A DNA stretch of 12,549 bases from Candidatus Hydrogenedentota bacterium (GCA_046583315.1 JAYGCN010000105.1:1-12549); one strand, 5' to 3'. Positions 1-8,607 are shown, counted from the first letter of the stretch. Translations and numbers: made by a program. The notes: a model not told the origin generated them from the letters alone.

Positions 1-2
1 AG

Positions 3-872
3 ATCAAGGCGGGCGATCTGCTCGCGAAAACGCCGCGGCAGTTTAGCAAGACCAAAGATATTACGGGCGGTCTCCCGCGTGTTGCCGAGCTCTTCGAAGC
101 GCGTCAACCCAAGAATCCCGCTATCATCAGTCACATCGACGGAATCGTTGAACTCGGCGGAATATCCAAAGGCAAACGCGTCGTGAAAGTGCTTCCGCCA
201 GTCGGTAAAGAACGCGAATACACCATTCCGCCAGGCAAGCACTTGAACGTTCAGAGCGGTGACCGTATTACGGCCGGTCAGCAGCTCACCGATGGCCCGG
301 TTATTCCGAAAGACATCCTGGAAGTGCAAGGGGAAGATGCCTTGCGTAAATACCTGCTCGACGAAGTACAACAGGTGTATCGTCTCCAGGGCGTGCGCAC
401 CAACGACAAACACATCGAAGTCATCGTGCGTCAGATGCTGCGCAAAGTAAAAATCAAAGACGATCCAGGCGACACGCCGTTCCTCGCACACCAGGAAGTA
501 GACAAAATGCGCTTCCAGGAAGAAAACATGAAAACGCTGGAAAAAGGCGGACGTCCCGCCGAAGCCCAGCCGATTCTGCAAGGAATCACCAAGTCCGCCT
601 TGAGCACCGAAAGCTTCATCGCCGCAGCCTCCTTCCAACAGACCACACGTGTGCTGACCGAAGCCGCGCTGTCCGGTAAGAAGGATTACCTCAAAGGGTT
701 GAAGGAAAACGTGATCATTGGTCACCTCATACCAGCAGGTACAGGTTCCGCCCTCTACCAGAATACGCAAGTCACCATTCAGTCCGAAGCGATCGAAGAT
801 TTCACCTCGGATCTTGAAGTAGGTGGCACCGCGGGTATCCTTGATATCGAAGACGATGCCGGCGAAGCCTAA
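3..872 (+). CDS. rpoC: DNA-directed RNA polymerase beta' subunit, C-terminal part (5'-truncated by window)
   Basis: Frame is open from nt 3 ([34 protein letters not shown]). Conserved motifs [74 protein letters not shown] at 870-872. The ORF-track start at 183 is internal. Confidence 0.99.
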   Translation: MKAGDLLAKTPRQFSKTKDITGGLPRVAELFEARQPKNPAIISHIDGIVELGGISKGKRVVKVLPPVGKEREYTIPPGKHLNVQSGDRITAGQQLTDGPVIPKDILEVQGEDALRKYLLDEVQQVYRLQGVRTNDKHIEVIVRQMLRKVKIKDDPGDTPFLAHQEVDKMRFQEENMKTLEKGGRPAEAQPILQGITKSALSTESFIAAASFQQTTRVLTEAALSGKKDYLKGLKENVIIGHLIPAGTGSALYQNTQVTIQSEAIEDFTSDLEVGGTAGILDIEDDAGEA

Positions 873-892
873 GTCAAACAGATAGACCCAAT

Positions 893-930
893 GAGCCGGT
901 AATGATTCAATCGTTACCGGCTCTTTTTTT
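893..930 (+). terminator. Rho-independent terminator after rpoC
   Basis: 13-bp stem GAGCCGGTAATGA (893-905) / TCGTTACCGGCTC (911-923) with one G-U pair, loop TTCAA, then T7 (924-930). Confidence 0.93.
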
Positions 931-992
931 CAGAAAGTCTGCATAGCCACAGGAATAACAGTACGAACCAACAAGTTCTGAAGGAGATCGTA

Positions 993-1790
993 ATGAACAT
1001 CTGTATGGCCGGGGCCCTGGGCCGCATGGGACGACGCATACTCGAGCTTGCATCCGCAGACGAAAACATAGGCATCGGCGGAGCATTCGATCTGCCCGAG
1101 CGCGCCGGCGAAGTCGTTCACGTCGGACACGAAAGTGGAAACCCATCCGAAATCGCCCTGAGCGTCACCGCCACCGAAGCACTCAAAGAAGCCGACGTGC
1201 TCATCGATTTCACCATCGCCAGCGTGTGCATGGGTAACGTGCGCGCCGCAGCCGAAGCCGGAAAAGCCGTCGTGCTCGGCACCACCGGACTCTCCGACGA
1301 CGACAAAAAAGAACTCGAAATCCTCGCCCACAACATCCCCATCGTATTCGCGCCCAACTTCTCCATCGGCGTCAATCTGCTCTTCAAGCTCGTCGGAGAA
1401 GCCGCAGCCGTGCTCGGTCTCGATTACAATCCCGAAATAACCGAAATCCATCACAACCAAAAAGTCGACAGCCCCAGCGGCACCGCCGTACGCCTCGCCG
1501 AACGCGTCGCCGAAGGACTCGATCTCTCCTACGCCAGCCACACCCAACACGGCCGCCAAGGCATGGTCGGAAAACGCCCTGTAAAAGAAATCGGCATGCA
1601 CGCCCTGCGTGGCGGAGACGTCGCCGGAGAACACACCGTCGCCTTCATCGGCCAAGGCGAACGCGTCGAACTCACCCACCGCGCACACAACCGCGACAAC
1701 TTCGCCCGCGGAGCCCTCATCGCCGCCAACTACGCCTGGAACGCCGAACCCGGCCTCTACGACATGCAAGACGTGCTAGGCTTGAAGTAA
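993..1790 (+). CDS. dapB: 4-hydroxy-tetrahydrodipicolinate reductase
   Basis: N-terminal GALGRMG dinucleotide-binding motif, DVLIDFT, VVLGTTG, APNFSIGV, EIHHNQKVDSPSGTA signature, RGGDVAGEHTV. RBS AAGGAG at 981-986. Confidence 0.98.
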   Translation: MNICMAGALGRMGRRILELASADENIGIGGAFDLPERAGEVVHVGHESGNPSEIALSVTATEALKEADVLIDFTIASVCMGNVRAAAEAGKAVVLGTTGLSDDDKKELEILAHNIPIVFAPNFSIGVNLLFKLVGEAAAVLGLDYNPEITEIHHNQKVDSPSGTAVRLAERVAEGLDLSYASHTQHGRQGMVGKRPVKEIGMHALRGGDVAGEHTVAFIGQGERVELTHRAHNRDNFARGALIAANYAWNAEPGLYDMQDVLGLK

Positions 1791-1847
1791 GGACTATCTT
1801 ATCGCCGGGACACGAAGGGGCGGCGAGTCAGGGACGGGAGATTTAGA

Positions 1848-2222
1848 ATGCGAGTATTCGAGCAGAAGTTGGAAACGGGTAACGCATGTGAGGTTATCCG
1901 CGTGCGAAACGGTTGCATCCCTAACTACTACCTATTGGTGTTTCCAAAGGCGCAAGGAGAACCCTCATCGGAAGAGGTATCTGAGATGTTGAAATTGGGA
2001 ACCAACATAGCACGGGACCTCGCCAAGAAGTTCGTTGATGATGCCGAAGCCTTTACCATTCTATACAGCGGTTATAGTGCGAGACGCGAAAAAGGCTAGC
2101 ATGTTCACATTGTCCTATTAGGAAATAGCTGGCGAAAAACGTGGCTGTATCTCATTTTGGCGGGAAAAAATCTTGCGCAAGCACTAAGAATTCGGCCCGA
2201 CGATGCTCCGAGAGTTTCATGA
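1848..2222 (+). pseudogene. Small hypothetical protein (~124 codons) with degenerate HIT-like HxH motif, interrupted by in-frame TAG at 2097-2099
   Basis: RBS-like GGGAG before ATG 1848. After TAG the frame stays open for 40 codons (HVHIVLLGNSWRKTWLYLILAGKNLAQALRIRPDDAPRVS) to TGA 2220-2222, which overlaps the next ATG (ATGA). Context KG*HVHIV suggests an original W (TGG). The HIT-like call is tentative. Confidence 0.7.
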
Positions 2223-2821
2223 TGCTCAAGGAACGGTGGCTAAAACTCATGGAAAAGCTGACGCTAGGAGAGAATATTTCTTCTTTCGAGAACATACTGA
2301 GTAAGGACGACGAAAGACATCGACATTATCACACCGCTGAACATCTGACGAATGTACTTTCAGATCTGGACCGAGTTCGCGAATCCGCAGAATCGCCGGA
2401 AGAAATTGAAATGGCGTTATGGTTCCACGATGTCATCTATCGACCGTTTTCATCCACAAATGAGGAAGATAGTGCTAATGAGGCTCGTTTGTTTCTGGAA
2501 CACAACGGATGCGCACTGGAATTTATCGATAGAGTTTACGACCTCATAATGGCGACGATGCACACCACTCCAACGGGCACCAGCGATCATACGGATATCG
2601 ATTTAGCGATCCTTGGCAGCGACGAATCCCGCTACGCGGACTTTGAAACCGCTGTTCGAAAAGAATATCGATAGGTTCCCAATTTTTTATACCGGAAGAA
2701 GCGGAAAGAAATATTATCTTCGTTCTTGGCGCGTGAAAGGATCTTCGATAACGATCTACTCTTTCGAGAGCTTGAAAATAATGCTCGAACAAATCTCGAA
2801 CTGGCAATTGCGCGGCTGTAA
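2219..2821 (+). pseudogene. HD-superfamily metal-dependent phosphohydrolase (COG4339-like), interrupted by in-frame TAG at 2672-2674
   Basis: Motifs HRHYHTAEHL, ALWFHDVIY, NEEDSA, LIMATMH, DIDLAILG, VRKEY. After TAG the frame continues VPNFLYRKKRKEILSSFLARERIF...NARTNLELAIARL to TAA 2819-2821, matching the family C-terminus as I recall it (EY-x-W/H-VP...Y...R...L..FL.R..I...AR.NL). Likely start ATG 2219 or 2222, not 2141. Confidence 0.85.
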
Positions 2822-2854
2822 TTTCTTGACCCATCGCGTCTCTGCGTTAAAGAA

Positions 2855-3802
2855 TCATCCAAGCCCCAACAACCGCCGCGCATTTCCTCGGAATACTTTC
2901 TCCTTCACCTTGCGTGGAAGATGGTCCAGCGTCTCGCCGTACAACTCAAACTGCGGCACGCCTTGACCCGGTGCGAGGTAGTCGGTGCCGAAGAGCAGAC
3001 GGTCGGCGCGACGTTTTACGAATTCCGCGCCAAACTCGATGTCGCGGGAGATGGCATTTGCGCCGCTGCCCGCCGACAAGTCCCCGTAGACGTTTGGATA
3101 CTTATCCATCAGCCGATCAATCGCGCCGCCTGGGAAAACTTTCGTATCGGGATACTTTTGCAGGGTATCCTGTTTCGTGTCGCCGCTGATGGAGGCCCAC
3201 CAGCCCTGCGCGTGCCCGATGAATACGCCGTCCGGAATCTGACGCAACATGTTCTCCAGACCCGGCAATCCCGGCTTGTCCGTGTTGCGCGAATTGTCCA
3301 GATGAAACAGGACCGGGAATCCCACTTCCGCACAGGCCTTGAACAATTCCATGTTACGCGAATCATCGATCGCAACACCCGGTTTGTGTTCGCCAAATCC
3401 TTTCGCACCCGCATCCTGATATTTCTTCAACAGGTCCAGCTTAATCTTGTAATTCCCCAAATTAATCGTGCGCGGATCGATCGAACAAAACGGTATCAAG
3501 CGATCCCGATGCGCTTTCGTATGTTTCAGCACATAATCCGTACTAATCGGATGGTCCCACGACTCCGGCGAAATCAACGGCAACACCGCCGCCTGTGCAA
3601 TGTCCATCTCATCCATCCAGCGCAATAATCCATCCGCACCCAGCGGCTCGCGATTGCCCCATTCCTGACCGAGATGCGTGTGGATGTCGAAATATTTCCC
3701 TTTCGGTGCCGCATCAGCACGACGTCCGCCGAGCATCGCCGCCCCAACCGCTGCGGCTACTCCAATATTGAATCGTCTACGCGTTATCGATTTATCACTC
3801 AC
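2855..3802 (-). CDS. Tat-exported amidohydrolase-family (amidohydro_2-like TIM barrel) metal-dependent hydrolase
   Basis: Twin-arginine signal ITRRRFNIGVAAAVGAAMLGGRRADA. Metal motifs DIHTH, GFGEH, LFHLD, GHA, LLFGTDY; C-terminal GNARRLLG. GTG start with GGGAG RBS. Confidence 0.9.
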   Translation of the reverse strand: MSDKSITRRRFNIGVAAAVGAAMLGGRRADAAPKGKYFDIHTHLGQEWGNREPLGADGLLRWMDEMDIAQAAVLPLISPESWDHPISTDYVLKHTKAHRDRLIPFCSIDPRTINLGNYKIKLDLLKKYQDAGAKGFGEHKPGVAIDDSRNMELFKACAEVGFPVLFHLDNSRNTDKPGLPGLENMLRQIPDGVFIGHAQGWWASISGDTKQDTLQKYPDTKVFPGGAIDRLMDKYPNVYGDLSAGSGANAISRDIEFGAEFVKRRADRLLFGTDYLAPGQGVPQFELYGETLDHLPRKVKEKVFRGNARRLLGLG

Positions 3803-3817
3803 TGTTTTGCTCCCGAC

Positions 3818-6808
3818 TCAGTCCGTTTTCATCAAAAATGCAATCAAATCAGCCACGCCCTGATTGCCCAGACCCTCTTCCAGGTTCTCCGGCATAATCG
3901 AAAGGTCACTGCTGAACATCTCGCGTATGTTGAGGCGTAGCAGTGTGTCTTCCAGACCACCCGCGCGCTTCAAGGTCACACTCGTCGACGTCTCCGAATC
4001 CAGCAGTCCCGACAAAATCTGACCGTCCGTCGTTTCCACGGTAAAGTTCACATACTGCGGATTGATTTCCCGGTTCGGGTCAATCATATTCACCAAAATC
4101 GTCTCCGCACCCCGCTCAACCATTGTCGTCAGGTCCGGCCCCAACTGAAAACCAATCCCAGCAAACTGATGGCAACTCGAACACCGCTCTTCAAAAATCG
4201 CCTTACCCTTCGTCGGGTCACCTTGCATGGTCAACGCGGGTCGAAACGCAGCAATCATATTCTCCAGATACTCCGGCGAGGGTTGCGCAAACAGTTTCGC
4301 CGTCCGTTCACGAATCGTCGCATCAGAATGACTTCGCAACTGTTCCACACGCGTCGAAACGATGTTCGATCTCGCGAATTCATCCTCCTCAATCGCGTTC
4401 AGTACCGTCCCGATCCAGTTGGCCCGCGAAAACAACACCTCCAACGCCTCGCGACGCACAGGTGTGGTGAACGAAGACCACCGGCCCAGAATTTCCCCGG
4501 CAATCTCATCATCATCATACCCACGCAACGCGCCCAGCGCCGCCAATCGCACCTCCAAATGGGCGCTCGTGCCCAACGGTTCAAAGAAGAGGGGGCCGAC
4601 CATGTCGTAATCCGCAAGGCCCAGCGCCGAAAGCGCGTAGACATAGTCAACCGGTTTCTTCGACTCATCCTGCAAAATATCAGCCATGGTCTTGAGGTGC
4701 TGCTCCACAATCTCACCCACAACCGTGGACTCAGCGAACACAGCACGTGTCTCCGCGTTGGAGGGAACTTTATCCAAACCACTCAGCAGCTGACGTACCA
4801 CGGATTGCACGACGCGTTTTTGCTGCCCGGCCACTTCTTCGACGGCATCTACAACCACCCGAATTTCGTCCGCCCGCGCACCCGTACCCACCAGATTCGC
4901 CAATTGTCCCAGAAAATCTCGAGTCGCGCGATCATCGCCAGCAGAGCCCTCCCGTAACATCGTTGCGAGCACGTCACCCGCGCCACCCGTCAACGAACTC
5001 AACAACGCCAAACGCATCCAGGCATCATCGCCATCCGATGCAATCAAGGCAAGAAACGCGTCCGGAGGATTTTGCGCGTCGGGATGCTCGCCCAGCGTAA
5101 AGGCCAACTGATACCGCACCCGCACGGACGCGTCGTCCGCCATTTCCAACACACGTTTTCGAAGTGGGGCCGATGAGGGCAGCAACGGTTCCGAAAGTCG
5201 CAGCGCATGTTCACGCACCAACGCACGCTCATCGTTCAGCGCCGCGACCAGTTGTTCTGCAGTAATTGCTCCGTGATTCGATAAGGCCTGCAACACACGC
5301 ACCCGCGCATTTTTCGAAGAAATCTCCTTAGGTGCCTCAATCTCAACACCCACTTTCGAACGTTCATGCAGCAATCGCGCCGCCGTGTCATGATGCCACG
5401 CGTTCGGATGAATCAGATACGTCGCCAACTCGGAATCGGTTGCTTTTGCCAAATCCGGAACCTTAGGCTGTTCAAAATCTTCCGGTACGATACGATAGAT
5501 TCGTCCCCGATCAAAGCCCGCATTCAAGTCGATGTGTTTCTTGATCAGCGGCGGCAGACTCGCCGGGTGTTCAATCACCTCTCGATACATGTCCGCCACA
5601 TACAACGCGCCATCCGGCCCATTCGCGAACTGTACCGGTCGGAACCAATTATCCGTCGACGTGATAAATTCCTTCTTCTCATCAATCCGTTCACCCTTGA
5701 ATTCGATTCCGTCCGGAACGATCCGTTTTCGATGAATCAGGTTGCTCCCGACATCCGCAACGAACACCTGGCCCCGATATTCCTCCGGCCACGCATCACC
5801 TTTGTACACCGTAATCCCCGTCGCACTCGTGAAATACCCCGAGGCCGTACCACCCCCTTCAACAGGTCCGGGTACAATACCCTTCACCCGTAGTCGAGTC
5901 CGCACAATACGCCACGGCTCCACAGGACTCGTCCGGAAAACATCCGCCTGCGGTCCATCCACGGCAATACTCATCCGGGCACGCGGTGCCGCCAGATAGG
6001 GATTGCGCGCAATATAGCGATCCCGATACATAACCATCATCAAGTGATCACTGTTGTGGCAAATGAGTTTGTTGCCTTCCAGATCAAAGGTCAAGCCGTG
6101 TTGTCCGCCTCCACTCGTCGCTCGAAAATCACGTGTCGTCGGGTCGAAGGAAAAATCGCGACCGCCCACCGCCACCGGTTTTGTATCAGGCACATCCACC
6201 CGCGTAATCGTGCCGCCCGAAGAACTCGTCGCGCCATGAATGCGATTGTCCATGCCCCAATTGAACGAATTCAGCAAGCCCTGCACATTTCCGAGTCCGA
6301 AGCCCGTGTATACCTTCTCCAGGATGTCGGCGCGGTTGTCACCATCGGTATCCTTGAAATACCAGATGTCCGGCGGTACGGCCGCATACACTCCGCCGTC
6401 ATAACACGCCACCGCTGTTGGCCACGCCAGTCCATCCACGTACACATCACTCGTGTCATATACCCCATCGCCATCCGTATCTTCCAGCAGACGAATTGCG
6501 CCGATATTCTCATCACGCCGTTCCGAATACCCGCGCATTTCCACTACGAACATGCGCCCTTTCTCATCAAAAGCCATCGCAATCGGATCATGCACCAGCG
6601 GTTCTGCTGCCACCAATTCCATCTTGAATCCCGGCACGATTTGGAAGTCATCCAGCGTGTCGCCAGGCTCGGTGGGCGCAATCCGTGGAAGCTCACCCGC
6701 GTAATCCCGCTCCAGCGAATCATCCGATTCGTCCTGCGCAAATCCTGCCGTCACGAATCCAAAAAAACACAGAATCATTGATGCAATCTTGAAACTGTAT
6801 CCGTTCAT
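3818..6808 (-). CDS. PVC-type heme-binding CxxCH protein: sugar-dehydrogenase-like beta-propeller + HEAT-like repeats + C-terminal cytochrome c
   Basis: Sec signal (…TAGFA|QD). Propeller motifs GFKMELVAAEPLVHDPIAMAFDEKGRMFVVEM and FRPVQFANGPDGALYVADMYREVIEH. HEAT-like D....VR..A segments. GDPTKGKAIFEERCSSCH (heme motif 4169-4183), GPDLT, SIMPENLE. ATG overlaps the upstream TGA (ATGA 6805-6808). Confidence 0.92.
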   Translation of the reverse strand: MNGYSFKIASMILCFFGFVTAGFAQDESDDSLERDYAGELPRIAPTEPGDTLDDFQIVPGFKMELVAAEPLVHDPIAMAFDEKGRMFVVEMRGYSERRDENIGAIRLLEDTDGDGVYDTSDVYVDGLAWPTAVACYDGGVYAAVPPDIWYFKDTDGDNRADILEKVYTGFGLGNVQGLLNSFNWGMDNRIHGATSSSGGTITRVDVPDTKPVAVGGRDFSFDPTTRDFRATSGGGQHGLTFDLEGNKLICHNSDHLMMVMYRDRYIARNPYLAAPRARMSIAVDGPQADVFRTSPVEPWRIVRTRLRVKGIVPGPVEGGGTASGYFTSATGITVYKGDAWPEEYRGQVFVADVGSNLIHRKRIVPDGIEFKGERIDEKKEFITSTDNWFRPVQFANGPDGALYVADMYREVIEHPASLPPLIKKHIDLNAGFDRGRIYRIVPEDFEQPKVPDLAKATDSELATYLIHPNAWHHDTAARLLHERSKVGVEIEAPKEISSKNARVRVLQALSNHGAITAEQLVAALNDERALVREHALRLSEPLLPSSAPLRKRVLEMADDASVRVRYQLAFTLGEHPDAQNPPDAFLALIASDGDDAWMRLALLSSLTGGAGDVLATMLREGSAGDDRATRDFLGQLANLVGTGARADEIRVVVDAVEEVAGQQKRVVQSVVRQLLSGLDKVPSNAETRAVFAESTVVGEIVEQHLKTMADILQDESKKPVDYVYALSALGLADYDMVGPLFFEPLGTSAHLEVRLAALGALRGYDDDEIAGEILGRWSSFTTPVRREALEVLFSRANWIGTVLNAIEEDEFARSNIVSTRVEQLRSHSDATIRERTAKLFAQPSPEYLENMIAAFRPALTMQGDPTKGKAIFEERCSSCHQFAGIGFQLGPDLTTMVERGAETILVNMIDPNREINPQYVNFTVETTDGQILSGLLDSETSTSVTLKRAGGLEDTLLRLNIREMFSSDLSIMPENLEEGLGNQGVADLIAFLMKTD

Positions 6809-7740
6809 TCCGCCGCCTTCTCAATCGCACTCTGTAATTTCGCCAAATACTTCGGCACCGCTTCGTAGGGGTCAGGCGCACTCTCATATTCCAGCGCGAT
6901 ATACCCGCGATACCCGCCGTCCCGAAGAATCCGCACAACACGATCAATATCCGCTTCCTCACGACCCTTGCCATCGGGTTTCATGACTTCCACTTTAAGC
7001 TGAACATTCACGGCGTGGGGGACCATGCGCTCGATGTTGCCATAGGGGTCTTGGGAAAAGTTTCCCGTATCCAGATTCACTCCCAGCCATTCATGATCCA
7101 CCCCATCCACGATTTTCATCAACTCAACCGACGTTCCCGTCAGATATCCGTGATTCTCGATCGCCAAAAACACGCCCCGTTCCCCGGCATAATCACAGCA
7201 TTCCTTCATGCACTCGATAGACCACGTCAAGGCCTGGGCATCATCCACCTTCGCATGTTTATTGCCCGCGAAAATTCGAATCACCGGCGCACCGATCCGC
7301 ATCGAATGATCACACCACTTCTTCACATGATCGATTGACTCACGACGTACCGCCTCATTCAGGTGGCAAAAATCATTACGAATCGCCGTGCCCGAGATGT
7401 CCAGACCCAATCTGAACGCCTTGGCCTTCATCGAGTTCAAATACGCCGTATCCTCAGACGAAAAATAATACGACGTCGGCTCCACAGCACCCAGCCCCTG
7501 ATCGGCCACCCACTCAAACCAGTCATGCAGCGTAATCTTCCCCGGTTGACCATCATGCGGCAACACATTGCGAAACGAATACGCCGCCAGACTCGCCTTG
7601 ATGCCGATCGATTGCACGGCGCGCGTCGTTTTCGCCTCGACATCCGCCGAGGTTAAAAGTGTCGCGGCACCAAGCGCCGCCGTAGAAGCCAGGAACGTTC
7701 TACGATTTAGCTCCGTTTTTATGTGTGGTGTAGTGTTCAT
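6805..7740 (-). CDS. Tat-exported sugar-phosphate isomerase/epimerase family protein (xylose isomerase-like TIM barrel)
   Basis: Start reassigned to ATG 7740 (AAAGGGA RBS upstream; signal LNRRTFLASTAALGAATLL..VEA). Motifs YSFR, IRIFAG, LAIENHG, NLDTGNF, QLK, GYRGYIALEYE. Confidence 0.9.
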   Translation of the reverse strand: MNTTPHIKTELNRRTFLASTAALGAATLLTSADVEAKTTRAVQSIGIKASLAAYSFRNVLPHDGQPGKITLHDWFEWVADQGLGAVEPTSYYFSSEDTAYLNSMKAKAFRLGLDISGTAIRNDFCHLNEAVRRESIDHVKKWCDHSMRIGAPVIRIFAGNKHAKVDDAQALTWSIECMKECCDYAGERGVFLAIENHGYLTGTSVELMKIVDGVDHEWLGVNLDTGNFSQDPYGNIERMVPHAVNVQLKVEVMKPDGKGREEADIDRVVRILRDGGYRGYIALEYESAPDPYEAVPKYLAKLQSAIEKAAE

Positions 7741-7777
7741 CAGCCAATCCCTTTCGATGCATTCCATCCAACTATCG

Positions 7778-7806
7778 AGTATCGCCCATCCACCCCAGTC
7801 AGTCAA
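7778..7806 (-). promoter_or_regulatory. Putative sigma70 promoter for the minus-strand exported-protein operon
   Basis: On the minus strand TTGACT (7806-7801), 17-nt spacer, GATACT (7783-7778), ~38 nt upstream of ATG 7740. Confidence 0.5.
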
Positions 7807-7813
7807 GTGTCAT

Positions 7814-7843
7814 TTGTCACCGGAACCCCGAACTTGTCATAAT
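7814..7843 (+). promoter_or_regulatory. Putative sigma70 promoter for the transglutaminase-like gene (divergent)
   Basis: TTGTCA (7814-7819), 18-nt spacer, extended -10 TG-N-CATAAT (7835-7843). Confidence 0.55.
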
Positions 7844-7878
7844 AGGCAGTTCGTTCAAGAATAATGAGGAGCTCCATG

Positions 7879-8544
7879 ATGCTGCAGTACCCAGACCCCG
7901 AAACCTGTCTCGCCCGAAGCCAATTTATCGACAGTGACGCGCCCGAGATAGTGGAAGTCGTACAACGCCTTACAACCGCCGATCAGACACCCGCAGAAAA
8001 AGCGGTCATCCTGTTTAACTACGTGCGCGACAACGTCGAATACGAATTCACCATCCGAAACACCCCCAACGAATTCAAAGCCTCATTTACCCTAGGCGAT
8101 GGTCGCGGTTTTTGCGTGCGTAAATCATTGCTAGTGGCAGCACTCTGTCGTGCAGCAGGCATTCCCTCCGTCATCATTCTGTGCAACATGAAAGACATGT
8201 CCATTTCGCCGCGCGTCGTCGAAATGCTCGGTACCGATATCATGTACAACCACGGTCTCGCCGGTGTGCACCTTGAAGGCCACTGGTATCAGCTCGACGC
8301 CAGTCTTTCACCCGAACTCGTGGCCAAAAGACAATTTCGCCTCGTAGAATTCGACGGTCAATCCGATGCGTTGCAGGAAAATACGACGATGACCGGCGAT
8401 CCCCACATGGAATACGTCGCGTACCACGGCGCCTACATAGACCTTCCCTATAAACAGATGATGCAGGGATTCGACAAAGGGTATGCCAACGCCAATAAGG
8501 AAGAACTGGCCAAAATGGGCTGGCACAGCACCTTTGATATTTAG
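7879..8544 (+). CDS. Transglutaminase-like (Cys-His-Asp triad) protein
   Basis: LFNYVRD, GRGFCVRKSLLVAALCRAAGIPS (catalytic Cys), NHGLAGVHLEGHWYQLDA (His, Asp). AGGAG at 7867-7871 favours ATG 7879 (or 7876) over 7864. Confidence 0.88.
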   Translation: MLQYPDPETCLARSQFIDSDAPEIVEVVQRLTTADQTPAEKAVILFNYVRDNVEYEFTIRNTPNEFKASFTLGDGRGFCVRKSLLVAALCRAAGIPSVIILCNMKDMSISPRVVEMLGTDIMYNHGLAGVHLEGHWYQLDASLSPELVAKRQFRLVEFDGQSDALQENTTMTGDPHMEYVAYHGAYIDLPYKQMMQGFDKGYANANKEELAKMGWHSTFDI

Positions 8545-8578
8545 ATAAGTCTTTTAGTTTCAACAACTTAAAAACATA

Positions 8579-8607
8579 TTGACAGCTCTACAAATTTGAC
8601 GTATGTT
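8579..8607 (+). promoter_or_regulatory. sigma70 promoter of the tetR-R2lox-GMC operon
   Basis: TTGACA (8579-8584), 17-nt spacer, TATGTT (8602-8607), AT-rich upstream tract. Confidence 0.8.

Noticed and set aside
930..1769. 279-aa antisense ORF over dapB (likewise 907-1146, 9498-10028, 10500-11330, 11370-11777)
   Set aside because: Shadow frames of well-supported genes; codon bias with few TTA/CTA/TCA removes antisense stops; no recognisable motifs.
2141..2218. ORF-track N-terminal extension of the HD protein, and alternative ORF 2613-2966
   Set aside because: 2141-2218 is the 3' part of the upstream gene in another frame; the HD C-terminus continues in its own frame past the TAG, so no frameshift is needed.
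2097..2674. Genome-wide TAG recoding (alternative genetic code or pyrrolysine)
   Set aside because: No in-frame TAG in the long conserved genes; TAG ends the transglutaminase-like and R2lox genes at plausible family lengths; no pyl genes or suppressor tRNA in the window. Kept only as a low-probability alternative.
2833..2851. ATCGCGTCTCTGCGTTAAA as a REP-like repeat remnant
   Set aside because: Single short copy with no partner arm in the window; unsupported.
1791..2854. Integron cassette or IS element
   Set aside because: No attC-like structure, terminal inverted repeats, target-site duplication, integrase or transposase found by eye.
2921..7656. Plus-strand ORFs (2921-3628, 4169-4957, 5366-5893, 6044-6781, 7015-7338, 7363-7656)
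   Set aside because: Antisense to the strongly supported minus-strand operon; Arg/His/Gln-rich shadow translations with no family motifs.
7741..7806. Extended N-terminus MTDWGGWAILDSWMECIERDWL
   Set aside because: Overlaps the predicted promoter and RBS; ATG 7740 puts the Tat motif at a normal distance from the start.
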